From a virus (lineage: Duplodnaviria; Caudoviricetes): a stretch of DNA of 24,602 bases. A program made the translations under genes and the position numbers. Positions 18,228 through 24,602 of this stretch are shown here, piece by piece. The notes beneath the pieces are model-generated. The model saw only the letters and a program-made list of their open reading frames with translations. It was not told the origin of the DNA and searched no databases. The DNA is taken from positions 1 through 24,602 of IMG/VR virus record IMGVR_UViG_3300043205_000037; one strand, written 5' to 3'. How positions within the stretch are numbered: the stretch's first letter is position 1; each line of letters starts with the position of its first letter.

Positions 18228-18788
18228 CTAGCAATCATGGCCGACAAAGTAGAAATGGCCGAAGATCGGTGTGTAGCCGTACACGCAATTTGCATCGGTC
18301 AAGGCGGCTCGTCTCTTCCACGCGTCGGAGCGCTCGGTCGCCGGCCGCGTGATCTCATCGCTTGCATCGTACACGACCCCGCGCGATACCGCTAAAAATC
18401 CACCCCAATCCTGGAACATGAACCGCGGCTCGTCAGTAGGCAGCTTCGATATCTCGATGAGATAGATCGGTAGCATGGCGTAAAAATGGACGTAGTCTCC
18501 GGCCCCTTGTCCGGCGCGCCAAGCAAAGCCCGGATTGAGACCCGCCACGAGCACGGTCAGCGGCAACACAATCGTCGACAAGAACCGGCGCCACGTCCGC
18601 AGATAGAGCCATGCCAAACAAATCAAAGTAGCGACTCCAGCTGATAAGGCCCACAAGGCAATGACCAACGGACCGCCATAGAATGATAAGTCAAACGGCC
18701 CCGCCCAAGCCAAAATAAAGGCGATAGGCCAAGCCACAGAGAGAATGATCGGCCAGTAGAGGATGCGATCTGGACGACCAAATTGCAT
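18228..18788 (-). CDS. Membrane immunity paralog (DRILYWP family)
   Basis: DRILYWP, WRRFLS, GDYVHF, EPRF, VYDASD and FGHFYF motifs. Follows an orphan tip. Confidence 0.8.
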   Translation of the reverse strand: MQFGRPDRILYWPIILSVAWPIAFILAWAGPFDLSFYGGPLVIALWALSAGVATLICLAWLYLRTWRRFLSTIVLPLTVLVAGLNPGFAWRAGQGAGDYVHFYAMLPIYLIEISKLPTDEPRFMFQDWGGFLAVSRGVVYDASDEITRPATERSDAWKRRAALTDANCVYGYTPIFGHFYFVGHDC

Positions 18789-18800
18789 GTCGTTCTCCGG

Positions 18801-19020
18801 CTATCGTCCGGCCGCGATTCGACCGGACTCGTAAAGATCGTAACCCATCTTCATGTCGAGCACGTCCCGCTTTGGCAAATGGGTGTAGATTTCATCCATT
18901 GGCTCATGGAAGCTGGAAGAATACTTTGCATAGGTGTCTGCAAACCACATACCGTCCTCAAATTTAATTCCCGCTGCGGCAAAATAAAGGCCAATCACAA
19001 GGTTTGCATAGTCGCGGTAG
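18801..19020 (-). pseudogene. Orphan Ntox44-like toxin tip fragment
   Basis: YRDYANLVIGLYFAAAGI...MDEIYTHLPKRDVLDMKMGYDLYESGRI. Abuts a copy of the terL 5' end instead of a carrier. Confidence 0.8.
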
Positions 19021-19168
19021 CAGCGTGTGCCGCTGCGACCTTCCCAGGAGCTCTTGCGCGTCCTGCTGCCTGGCAGTGCGCTTGAATTGGGAGTCTTGAG
19101 ACGGCTTGCGCTCGGTTCCCGTTCGCGTTCTGTCGTTTTGTTGTTCGGTGAATCACACTCCTGCGCCA
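19019..19168 (-). repeat. Direct-repeat copy of terL 5' end and leader (17276-17425)
   Basis: Collinear near-identity by eye. The terL ATG is ACG in this copy. Confidence 0.88.
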
Positions 19169-19277
19169 AGGGGCGCTTACGGTTAAGCCAAGATCAAGAG
19201 AGCTAACTTGCGGTCTGTTGGTTCTAATCGGCGAAGTCCGTCTCTGCTGGGCTCGGCGCTTTGCGCTCGGCCTGCTA

Positions 19278-19838
19278 CTAACAAAAGGTCGCGAAATAGA
19301 AATGTCCGAATGCGCGGGAGTTGCCGTGCACGTCCACCGTGCCAACAAGTCCATCGCTCGTCGAGCGGTGCCTGGACGCAATCGCGTCGCTTTCATCGTA
19401 GGCAATCCCGCTGCCGCAAGGCCCGGCGAAATGCCATTGCCACGCCTTAAAGCGCGGTTCCGGCAGGTCCGATATCTCGGCCATGTACCAAGGATACAAG
19501 GCAAAGAGGTGAACATAATCGCCTGACGCGGCAGCCGACTGCCAAGCCCATCCGAGATTCACTCCGGTTACGACCATGACCAGCAGCAGGATCAGCTTCG
19601 ACGGGAAACGGCGCCATTCGCGTTGGTAGGCCGAGACGGCAAGCGCCAGGGCATCGAGATAAGTCAAGCCGGCCCAGGCGACAAAGACGACGAGCAATAT
19701 CGCGCCACAGATGAAGAGGACAATGATTCGATCGCTTACAATATCGATAAGAATACGGACACCAAAAACGGACAATGGTCCAAGCACCGCAAAGATCCAC
19801 GTCCAAATTCGCACGCGACTATCAAGTGTGCTCTGCAT
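19278..19838 (-). CDS. Membrane immunity protein (same family as DRILYWP proteins)
   Basis: Hydrophobic N-terminus, then GDYVHL..YP.Y..EIS.LPEPRFK.W...CG.GIAYDESD...FGHFYF. Directly after the Ntox44-like toxin. Confidence 0.8.
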   Translation of the reverse strand: MQSTLDSRVRIWTWIFAVLGPLSVFGVRILIDIVSDRIIVLFICGAILLVVFVAWAGLTYLDALALAVSAYQREWRRFPSKLILLLVMVVTGVNLGWAWQSAAASGDYVHLFALYPWYMAEISDLPEPRFKAWQWHFAGPCGSGIAYDESDAIASRHRSTSDGLVGTVDVHGNSRAFGHFYFATFC

Positions 19839-19850
19839 CTCAGATACCGT

Positions 19851-20957
19851 CTATCGTCTCAACCGAATGCGCCCGGACTCGTACAATCTATAGCCCAATT
19901 TCGTGTCTTCGACATCCTGCTTGGCTGAGTGCGTGTAGACTTCGTCCATCAACTCTTCGGTCGCGAATGTCGATTTGCGGGAGGCGTAGAAATCTATGGC
20001 GGAGAGGACGTCTTCGCGGTTTAAACCCGCAGCCGCAGAATAAACACCGATCATTATGTTTAGATAGTGGCGATAGTCGAGAACGTAATTCCCATCGAAC
20101 CGTTCAGCGTCCAACAATCCTCCGGGCGCGACTGGAAGTAATGCCGAATAAAGTGCGACTACCGCACCTAAGACCTTGGCGTCCGAAACCCCATCACCCG
20201 TCCCAGGCTGCAGCAATCCAGCGGATTGCGCGCCCAAAAATCGATTTGCAAGTCCAGCTCGGAGATATCTTTCGGGCGGAAGGTCATCCGGTCTGGAGAT
20301 GGGATTATCCAGGATGTCGAGAACGGGTTGGCCATCACTGTCTACGAATCGCACCGGATGCCTTGGATGATCCGCCACTATCTCATTCGACCAAATCAAG
20401 TCACGAGGTATTGTCGATTGGACAGTGTGGAGCACGCTCTGAAGATTGGTCAGAATTTGCGTGTCTTGCGTGGCGCTGTCTGTCGTACCGCCGCTCCTGC
20501 CCACCGCCGCCGGACTCGTGCCTGGAATTTCCAGCGACGCATACCGTATGCGCGTTTCAGCATTTTCATTAACGGCATCTGCTTGACCATCCTTGGGCCG
20601 GAATCGACCTCCCTGGCGGTCTGGCGCTCCAGCCGGCCAACCTGGATGCTCTGGGTCATCGACTGCTGCTTTCGTGGTTCCACGGCGGTCCGGCACCCGC
20701 GGATGGTCGGGGTTATATTTTCTCGGTGTCCCGCACAGCTCCGCTTTCACCAGCGCCGAAGCCTCCTTGAAGGCCCTCGGAATCTCGCGGGCAAGCGCCT
20801 CCAGGTCTTGGCGGATGGCGGCGATCTCAGCACGGCGCTGGCGCAGCGGATCATCCCCATTGGGCGCCGTCAGCGTGCGGACGGCCTTGGCGATTTCGAG
20901 CTGCGCGTGCAGCGTTCGCGGCACGGCGCTCTCGATACGCGGCAGCGGTGGTTTCAT
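19851..20957 (-). CDS. Polymorphic toxin: MKPPLP carrier plus Ntox44-like tip
   Basis: ATG at 20957 matches the paralogs. Contains both KYNPDHPRVP and DDPEHPGWP..GGRFRPKD motifs. Tip strongly similar to that of 14774..15847. Confidence 0.83.
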   Translation of the reverse strand: MKPPLPRIESAVPRTLHAQLEIAKAVRTLTAPNGDDPLRQRRAEIAAIRQDLEALAREIPRAFKEASALVKAELCGTPRKYNPDHPRVPDRRGTTKAAVDDPEHPGWPAGAPDRQGGRFRPKDGQADAVNENAETRIRYASLEIPGTSPAAVGRSGGTTDSATQDTQILTNLQSVLHTVQSTIPRDLIWSNEIVADHPRHPVRFVDSDGQPVLDILDNPISRPDDLPPERYLRAGLANRFLGAQSAGLLQPGTGDGVSDAKVLGAVVALYSALLPVAPGGLLDAERFDGNYVLDYRHYLNIMIGVYSAAAGLNREDVLSAIDFYASRKSTFATEELMDEVYTHSAKQDVEDTKLGYRLYESGRIRLRR

Positions 20958-20989
20958 CGGATTGGCCTTTTCCGCGCCGAGCGCCGCGA

Positions 20990-21119
20990 TCATTCGAACG
21001 CGATGTTGATGGCGCGAAGCCCGCGGTGGGTACGATCGATCTCGAAGCTGACCGGCCGGCCCTCGAAAAGCGCGCCGGCATTCGCCGGCAGGTCGGTGCG
21101 ATGCACGAACACGTCGCCC
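20990..21119 (-). pseudogene. Duplicated 3' part of the cold-shock gene (copy of 23342-23471)
   Basis: 130-bp collinear near-identical repeat encoding [10 protein letters not shown]...AINIAFE*. No 5' end. Confidence 0.9.
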
Positions 21120-21122
21120 CAA

Positions 21123-21602
21123 TTAAGTTTGTTTGCGTTGCGTCGCCAATCGCCGCATCAAATGCTGCTTACGCTCCCGCAATTCCGGCAAGAACTGCTC
21201 AAGATCGCGCGCGACATCGAGCGCCGCCGCCGGGCTGAAAAGTTTGCCCTCCTCGTCGTCGTATATGACACCGCCGGTAGCACGCGCATAAGCTATCGCA
21301 GCCATCCACGCCGCCGTTGAATTGTTGACATTCAGCCCGCCCCAGATAAATGCAAACGCGTACTTCCATTTGCGATCGAATTTCTCAGTTCCGTAACACT
21401 CCATCGTCTCCTGTGCGTCTCTGGGGTGAAACTCGAAATCGGTCAGTTCGTCGTGCAATTGGCCGAGCCATTTGCCGTTGATCTCGCTTGGGGGCACGTC
21501 ATCGGATAGCCACAGCCGGAAACCCTCGGCGTCGATCGCCTGCTGCCATTGGGCAATCGAGCCAAGAATCCGATCGGAGAAGACACATATCTGCATCGAC
21601 AT
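21123..21602 (-). CDS. Immunity paralog (family of 21680 and 6883), orphan
   Basis: MSMQICVFSDRILGSIAQWQQAIDAEG...WMAAIAYARATGGVIYD. Start chosen by alignment to paralogs. Confidence 0.8.
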   Translation of the reverse strand: MSMQICVFSDRILGSIAQWQQAIDAEGFRLWLSDDVPPSEINGKWLGQLHDELTDFEFHPRDAQETMECYGTEKFDRKWKYAFAFIWGGLNVNNSTAAWMAAIAYARATGGVIYDDEEGKLFSPAAALDVARDLEQFLPELRERKQHLMRRLATQRKQT

Positions 21603-21679
21603 GACGAGCGCCGTCGACCTCAGGTCAATGAATGCGCAGGCTTGATAACTTGCATGTTCGGGGCACATTCTCTGACAGA

Positions 21680-22123
21680 TCAGTGCCGCGACTGCAGCTC
21701 ACGCAACATCCTTGGCATGTCACGCACGATTTTTCTTGCTGCTTGTCTAGCCTCCTCCACAGGAAGGATCGACCCATCCTCACCATCAAACACGACGCCG
21801 TTCGTGGCGCTGGCATAAGCGGCTGCGGCCGTCCACGCAGCCTCAAATTCATGGAAATCGCCCCTCCAGCGGAACCCAAGCACAAATTTCCATTCGTGGC
21901 CGAAATCGATATCGGAATTTTCACTTATAAATTCGTCAGCTGAATCGTGATAGCATTCAAAACCAGTCAGCTTTCCATTTAATCGCGCGGGTAAAAATCC
22001 TGAATGCCATCGAAAGTCTGTGTCATCCAACTTGACGGCGAAGCCCTCGGCATCGATCGCCGCCTGCCACTCAGCAATTGATCCTAATTGCCGGTCGGAC
22101 AAGACAAACATCTCCATCGCCAT
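21680..22123 (-). CDS. Putative immunity protein for the 22157 toxin
   Basis: GGAGGG RBS. Immediately downstream of the nuclease tip. Paralogous to 6883..7335. Confidence 0.82.
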   Translation of the reverse strand: MAMEMFVLSDRQLGSIAEWQAAIDAEGFAVKLDDTDFRWHSGFLPARLNGKLTGFECYHDSADEFISENSDIDFGHEWKFVLGFRWRGDFHEFEAAWTAAAAYASATNGVVFDGEDGSILPVEEARQAARKIVRDMPRMLRELQSRH

Positions 22124-22156
22124 GTGAAAGCCCTCCCGCCTCCATTGCCGCCACGA

Positions 22157-23308
22157 TTACCGGCGTTTCAAAATAGCGCCTCGTACGCGATTCAACTCGA
22201 TCACCGGTATGGTACGGCCGGAATCGGTCATATAGCGAATCTTAATGACTCGGAGCTCGCTCATACCGCGTCCCGTCTTGATATCATAAATCGCAGCGAT
22301 GTTGCCGGTGTCGCGTCGAAGTATCGCGTCAGGTCTGATACTGTATTTGGCTCCATAAAACGCCTTATCGGTTAACGAGAAAGTTCTTTCCACGTCATTG
22401 GGCTCTATGCCCGGCAGACCCTTCGCACGCAACATCTCAGCAAAATCCGTGTGAACGCGGATACCATATTGGCCCGGGTCCAGGTCTGCTCGAGGTCCAA
22501 CTCCGTCCATGACATCGCCAAGGAGGTCCATCAGCTTTGCTGTTGTGCTGTCAATTAAGGGATCGCCCGTCTTTGTGTTTGGTGGGAAAATGAAGCGGCG
22601 GCCGGTACTTAGATCGCGGGGAAATCCAAGGCCGCGAAGCCGTGCGAGGAATTCCTCCGCCTCTTGCGCTCGGGCCTCCAGATTTGTGATCTTACCTTCG
22701 ATATCTTCGTAAACACCAGGACTCGGACTCCAGTTTTGATCAATTTTTCGCGCTTGCGCGATCAAATCGTTGAGCCGAGCCTGGGCGACATCCAGCCTTA
22801 TCAGCTGCCCGGGCGACGCTTCCATACCGCCTTCACGTTCATTTTCCTCATTGCTCTCATTACCGGCCGCGTATCGCGTCCCCGATGCCGGTGCATCCGT
22901 CAGCACATTGTTTGGTGAAGTTTCGAGTGAGGCATACCTCACAGGCACTCCGGAGCGTTCTGTAGATGTTCGACTGGAGGGGGTTGACGGTTGGTTTCCG
23001 CCGTCTCCCTTCGTCCACTGTCCACCGTCGGGATTTCCAGCCGAAACGCGTGGTTGGTCGGGGCTATATTTCTGCAGCGTTGCCCGCAGATCCGCTTTCA
23101 GCAGTGCCGCAGCTTCTTCGAAAGCTTTGCGGATATCGCCGGCGAGCACCTCAAGATCGCGACGCAGCGCAATGATCTCGGCGCGGCGCCAGCGAAGCAG
23201 CTCGTCCTCATCCGGCGCCATCAGCGTGCGCATGGCTTTGGCGATCTCAAGCTGTGCGTGCAGCGTTCGCGGTACGGCGCTTTCGCTGTGCGGCAGCGGA
23301 GGTTTCAT
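22157..23308 (-). CDS. Polymorphic toxin: MKPPLP carrier plus PD-(D/E)xK nuclease tip
   Basis: Carrier N-terminus. Tip YGIRVH..FA...DVERTFSL...RPDAILR...IYDIKTG, homologous to the tip of the 7383 portal cassette. Confidence 0.85.
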   Translation of the reverse strand: MKPPLPHSESAVPRTLHAQLEIAKAMRTLMAPDEDELLRWRRAEIIALRRDLEVLAGDIRKAFEEAAALLKADLRATLQKYSPDQPRVSAGNPDGGQWTKGDGGNQPSTPSSRTSTERSGVPVRYASLETSPNNVLTDAPASGTRYAAGNESNEENEREGGMEASPGQLIRLDVAQARLNDLIAQARKIDQNWSPSPGVYEDIEGKITNLEARAQEAEEFLARLRGLGFPRDLSTGRRFIFPPNTKTGDPLIDSTTAKLMDLLGDVMDGVGPRADLDPGQYGIRVHTDFAEMLRAKGLPGIEPNDVERTFSLTDKAFYGAKYSIRPDAILRRDTGNIAAIYDIKTGRGMSELRVIKIRYMTDSGRTIPVIELNRVRGAILKRR

Positions 23309-23341
23309 TAGGTCTGCCCTTTGCGACGCGCGGCGTCGCGG

Positions 23342-23545
23342 TCACTCGAACGCGATATTGATGGCGCGAAGCCCGCGGTGGGTGCGATCGATCTCGAAGC
23401 TGACCGGCCGGCCCTCGAAAAGCGCGCCGGCATTCGCCGGCAGGTCGGTGCGATGCACGAACACGTCGCCCGAGCCGTCGTCGCGGGTGAAAAAGCCGTA
23501 GCCTTTGGTGTCGTTGAAAAACTTGACCTTGCCGGTGACGCTCAC
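23342..23545 (-). CDS. Cold-shock domain protein (CspA family)
   Basis: [14 protein letters not shown] (RNP1) and DVFVH (RNP2), 67 aa. GGAGG upstream. Confidence 0.93.
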   Translation of the reverse strand: MSVTGKVKFFNDTKGYGFFTRDDGSGDVFVHRTDLPANAGALFEGRPVSFEIDRTHRGLRAINIAFE

Positions 23546-23908
23546 GGTTCATCCTCCGATGCGCTGATGAAACCCGCGCGAATGTGCGCGCGGCCGCCGG
23601 GTGCGTGAATGCGTCACGCGCCGGTGCGGCCTCGCGCGTCGTTCGCGAGTTTGCTGGTGTTTGAAGATTGTGAGTGAGTTGCGAAGCGCGCCGCACGCAG
23701 TTCGGCAAGGCGCGCCCGCACGCGAGGCAATGCCGCAAAAAACCGGAGCGCGTCAAGCGCACGGATCGGAGCTTGCTCTGAAAATTTCACGTATCGTATT
23801 GAAGACGCGACGGAAAATATTTTGTGCGGCAAAGGCGAAAAACCGGCCGCCACGACCGGCCGCATCGCTTCACTCCGATTTTTGGCAAAGATTCGCAAAC
23901 AACGATCG

Positions 23909-24439
23909 TCACAGATAGCGCAGCGTGGCGGCGAGCTTGCGCACAAGCTCTTCCTTGTAGCCGAGCATCCATTGCGCATAGGGCACGACGCGCTCGCCTT
24001 TGGCGGCGGCGTCGCGCCGGTACGATTGGTAGGACTTGTTGATCGGCCGCAAATCTCCGGACTGGCGCAAGCGTTCGATCTCGTCGTCGATTCTGGCGAT
24101 GACGGCCATGGCTTGTTCCAGAATTTCTTCATCCAAATGCAGATCGACATGGCGCTGCTTGGCGGCGCGAACGACCGCTTGGCAGGCCGATATCGCCGCG
24201 CCATCGCAGCTTTCGCGGCTGTGCAGGCGGGCGGCGACTGCCGTCGCGATGGACGCGGCTTCATAAGCCCGCGGGCACCACCAGCGGCACTGCACGGTTT
24301 CCGCAGGCGCGCAGGCGATTTCGGCGCCCGGCGCCGCCGCCGTGACGCGAACGCCATCCGGCCCGTCGATCACCGCGATCGCGGCCAGGCCGAAACCTTC
24401 GCGAAACGCCGCGACCAGGCGCGCGCGCGAGGCGTTCAC
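23909..24439 (-). CDS. Hypothetical phage protein
   Basis: 176-aa ORF with high-GC codon pattern. GTGA overlap with the upstream gene. No recognised motif. Confidence 0.65.
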   Translation of the reverse strand: MNASRARLVAAFREGFGLAAIAVIDGPDGVRVTAAAPGAEIACAPAETVQCRWWCPRAYEAASIATAVAARLHSRESCDGAAISACQAVVRAAKQRHVDLHLDEEILEQAMAVIARIDDEIERLRQSGDLRPINKSYQSYRRDAAAKGERVVPYAQWMLGYKEELVRKLAATLRYL

Positions 24440-24600
24440 CGCACCGGCACCCGGCGCTGGGCCAGCTCACGGGCAATGATTCGCAGACCGTGGAGCTTGC
24501 GGGCGTGGAAGGCGCGGCGCGTGATCTTGAGCCGCTTCACGCGCGCGTCGATATCGGCGTCGAACGCCGCCCACAGCGCGCCGAGATTCACGGCGCGGGC
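24436..24600 (-). CDS. 3' end of a basic helical protein, possibly a late transcription regulator (partial)
   Basis: Frame ARAVNLGALWAAFDADIDARVKRLKITRRAFHARKLHGLRIIARELAQRRVPVR* enters from the window edge and its stop overlaps the next start. HTH-like appearance only. Confidence 0.5.
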   Translation of the reverse strand, partial: ARAVNLGALWAAFDADIDARVKRLKITRRAFHARKLHGLRIIARELAQRRVPVR

Positions 24601-24602
24601 CA

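Noticed and set aside
18801-19169. Possible TerL-toxin fusion protein
   Set aside because: The terL copy has lost its ATG and is not in frame with the tip. It is treated as a recombination scar.
19851-21122. Apparent 423-aa ORF or Csp-toxin fusion
   Set aside because: The upstream part reads the duplicated csp fragment out of frame. The real start is ATG 20957.
23545-23909. Late promoter or pac/cos site in the intergenic region
   Set aside because: The position is plausible and A/T tracts are present, but no convincing consensus or repeat could be identified.

Overview
This window is the head-packaging module of a high-GC prophage or phage-derived element, probably alphaproteobacterial (inferred from GC content and REP-type palindromes). 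It is encoded entirely on the minus strand, in the order cold-shock gene, large terminase, portal, prohead protease, then the start of a probable major capsid gene. The intervals from the cold-shock gene to the protease are filled with polymorphic toxin/immunity cassettes on two different carriers. (1) The portal itself carries a C-terminal toxin with an HNH/AHH-like tip. It is followed by 5'-truncated portal copies carrying alternative tips (two PD-(D/E)xK nucleases), each with its own immunity gene. (2) Five stand-alone genes share a ~100-aa helical N-terminal domain (MKPPLPR...LEIAKA...KYSPDQPRVPAGNPDGGQWT) fused to different tips: a PD-(D/E)xK nuclease, two Ntox44-like tips, a barnase/RNase Sa-like tip with a barstar partner, and an unknown tip. 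Both carriers share junction motifs and toxin families, and no MuF domain is visible. Orphan tips, stockpiled immunity paralogs, copies of core-gene ends at cassette borders, REP insertions and an apparently autoregulated nucleotidyltransferase moron complete the locus. Family assignments come from motifs read by eye, with no database search.
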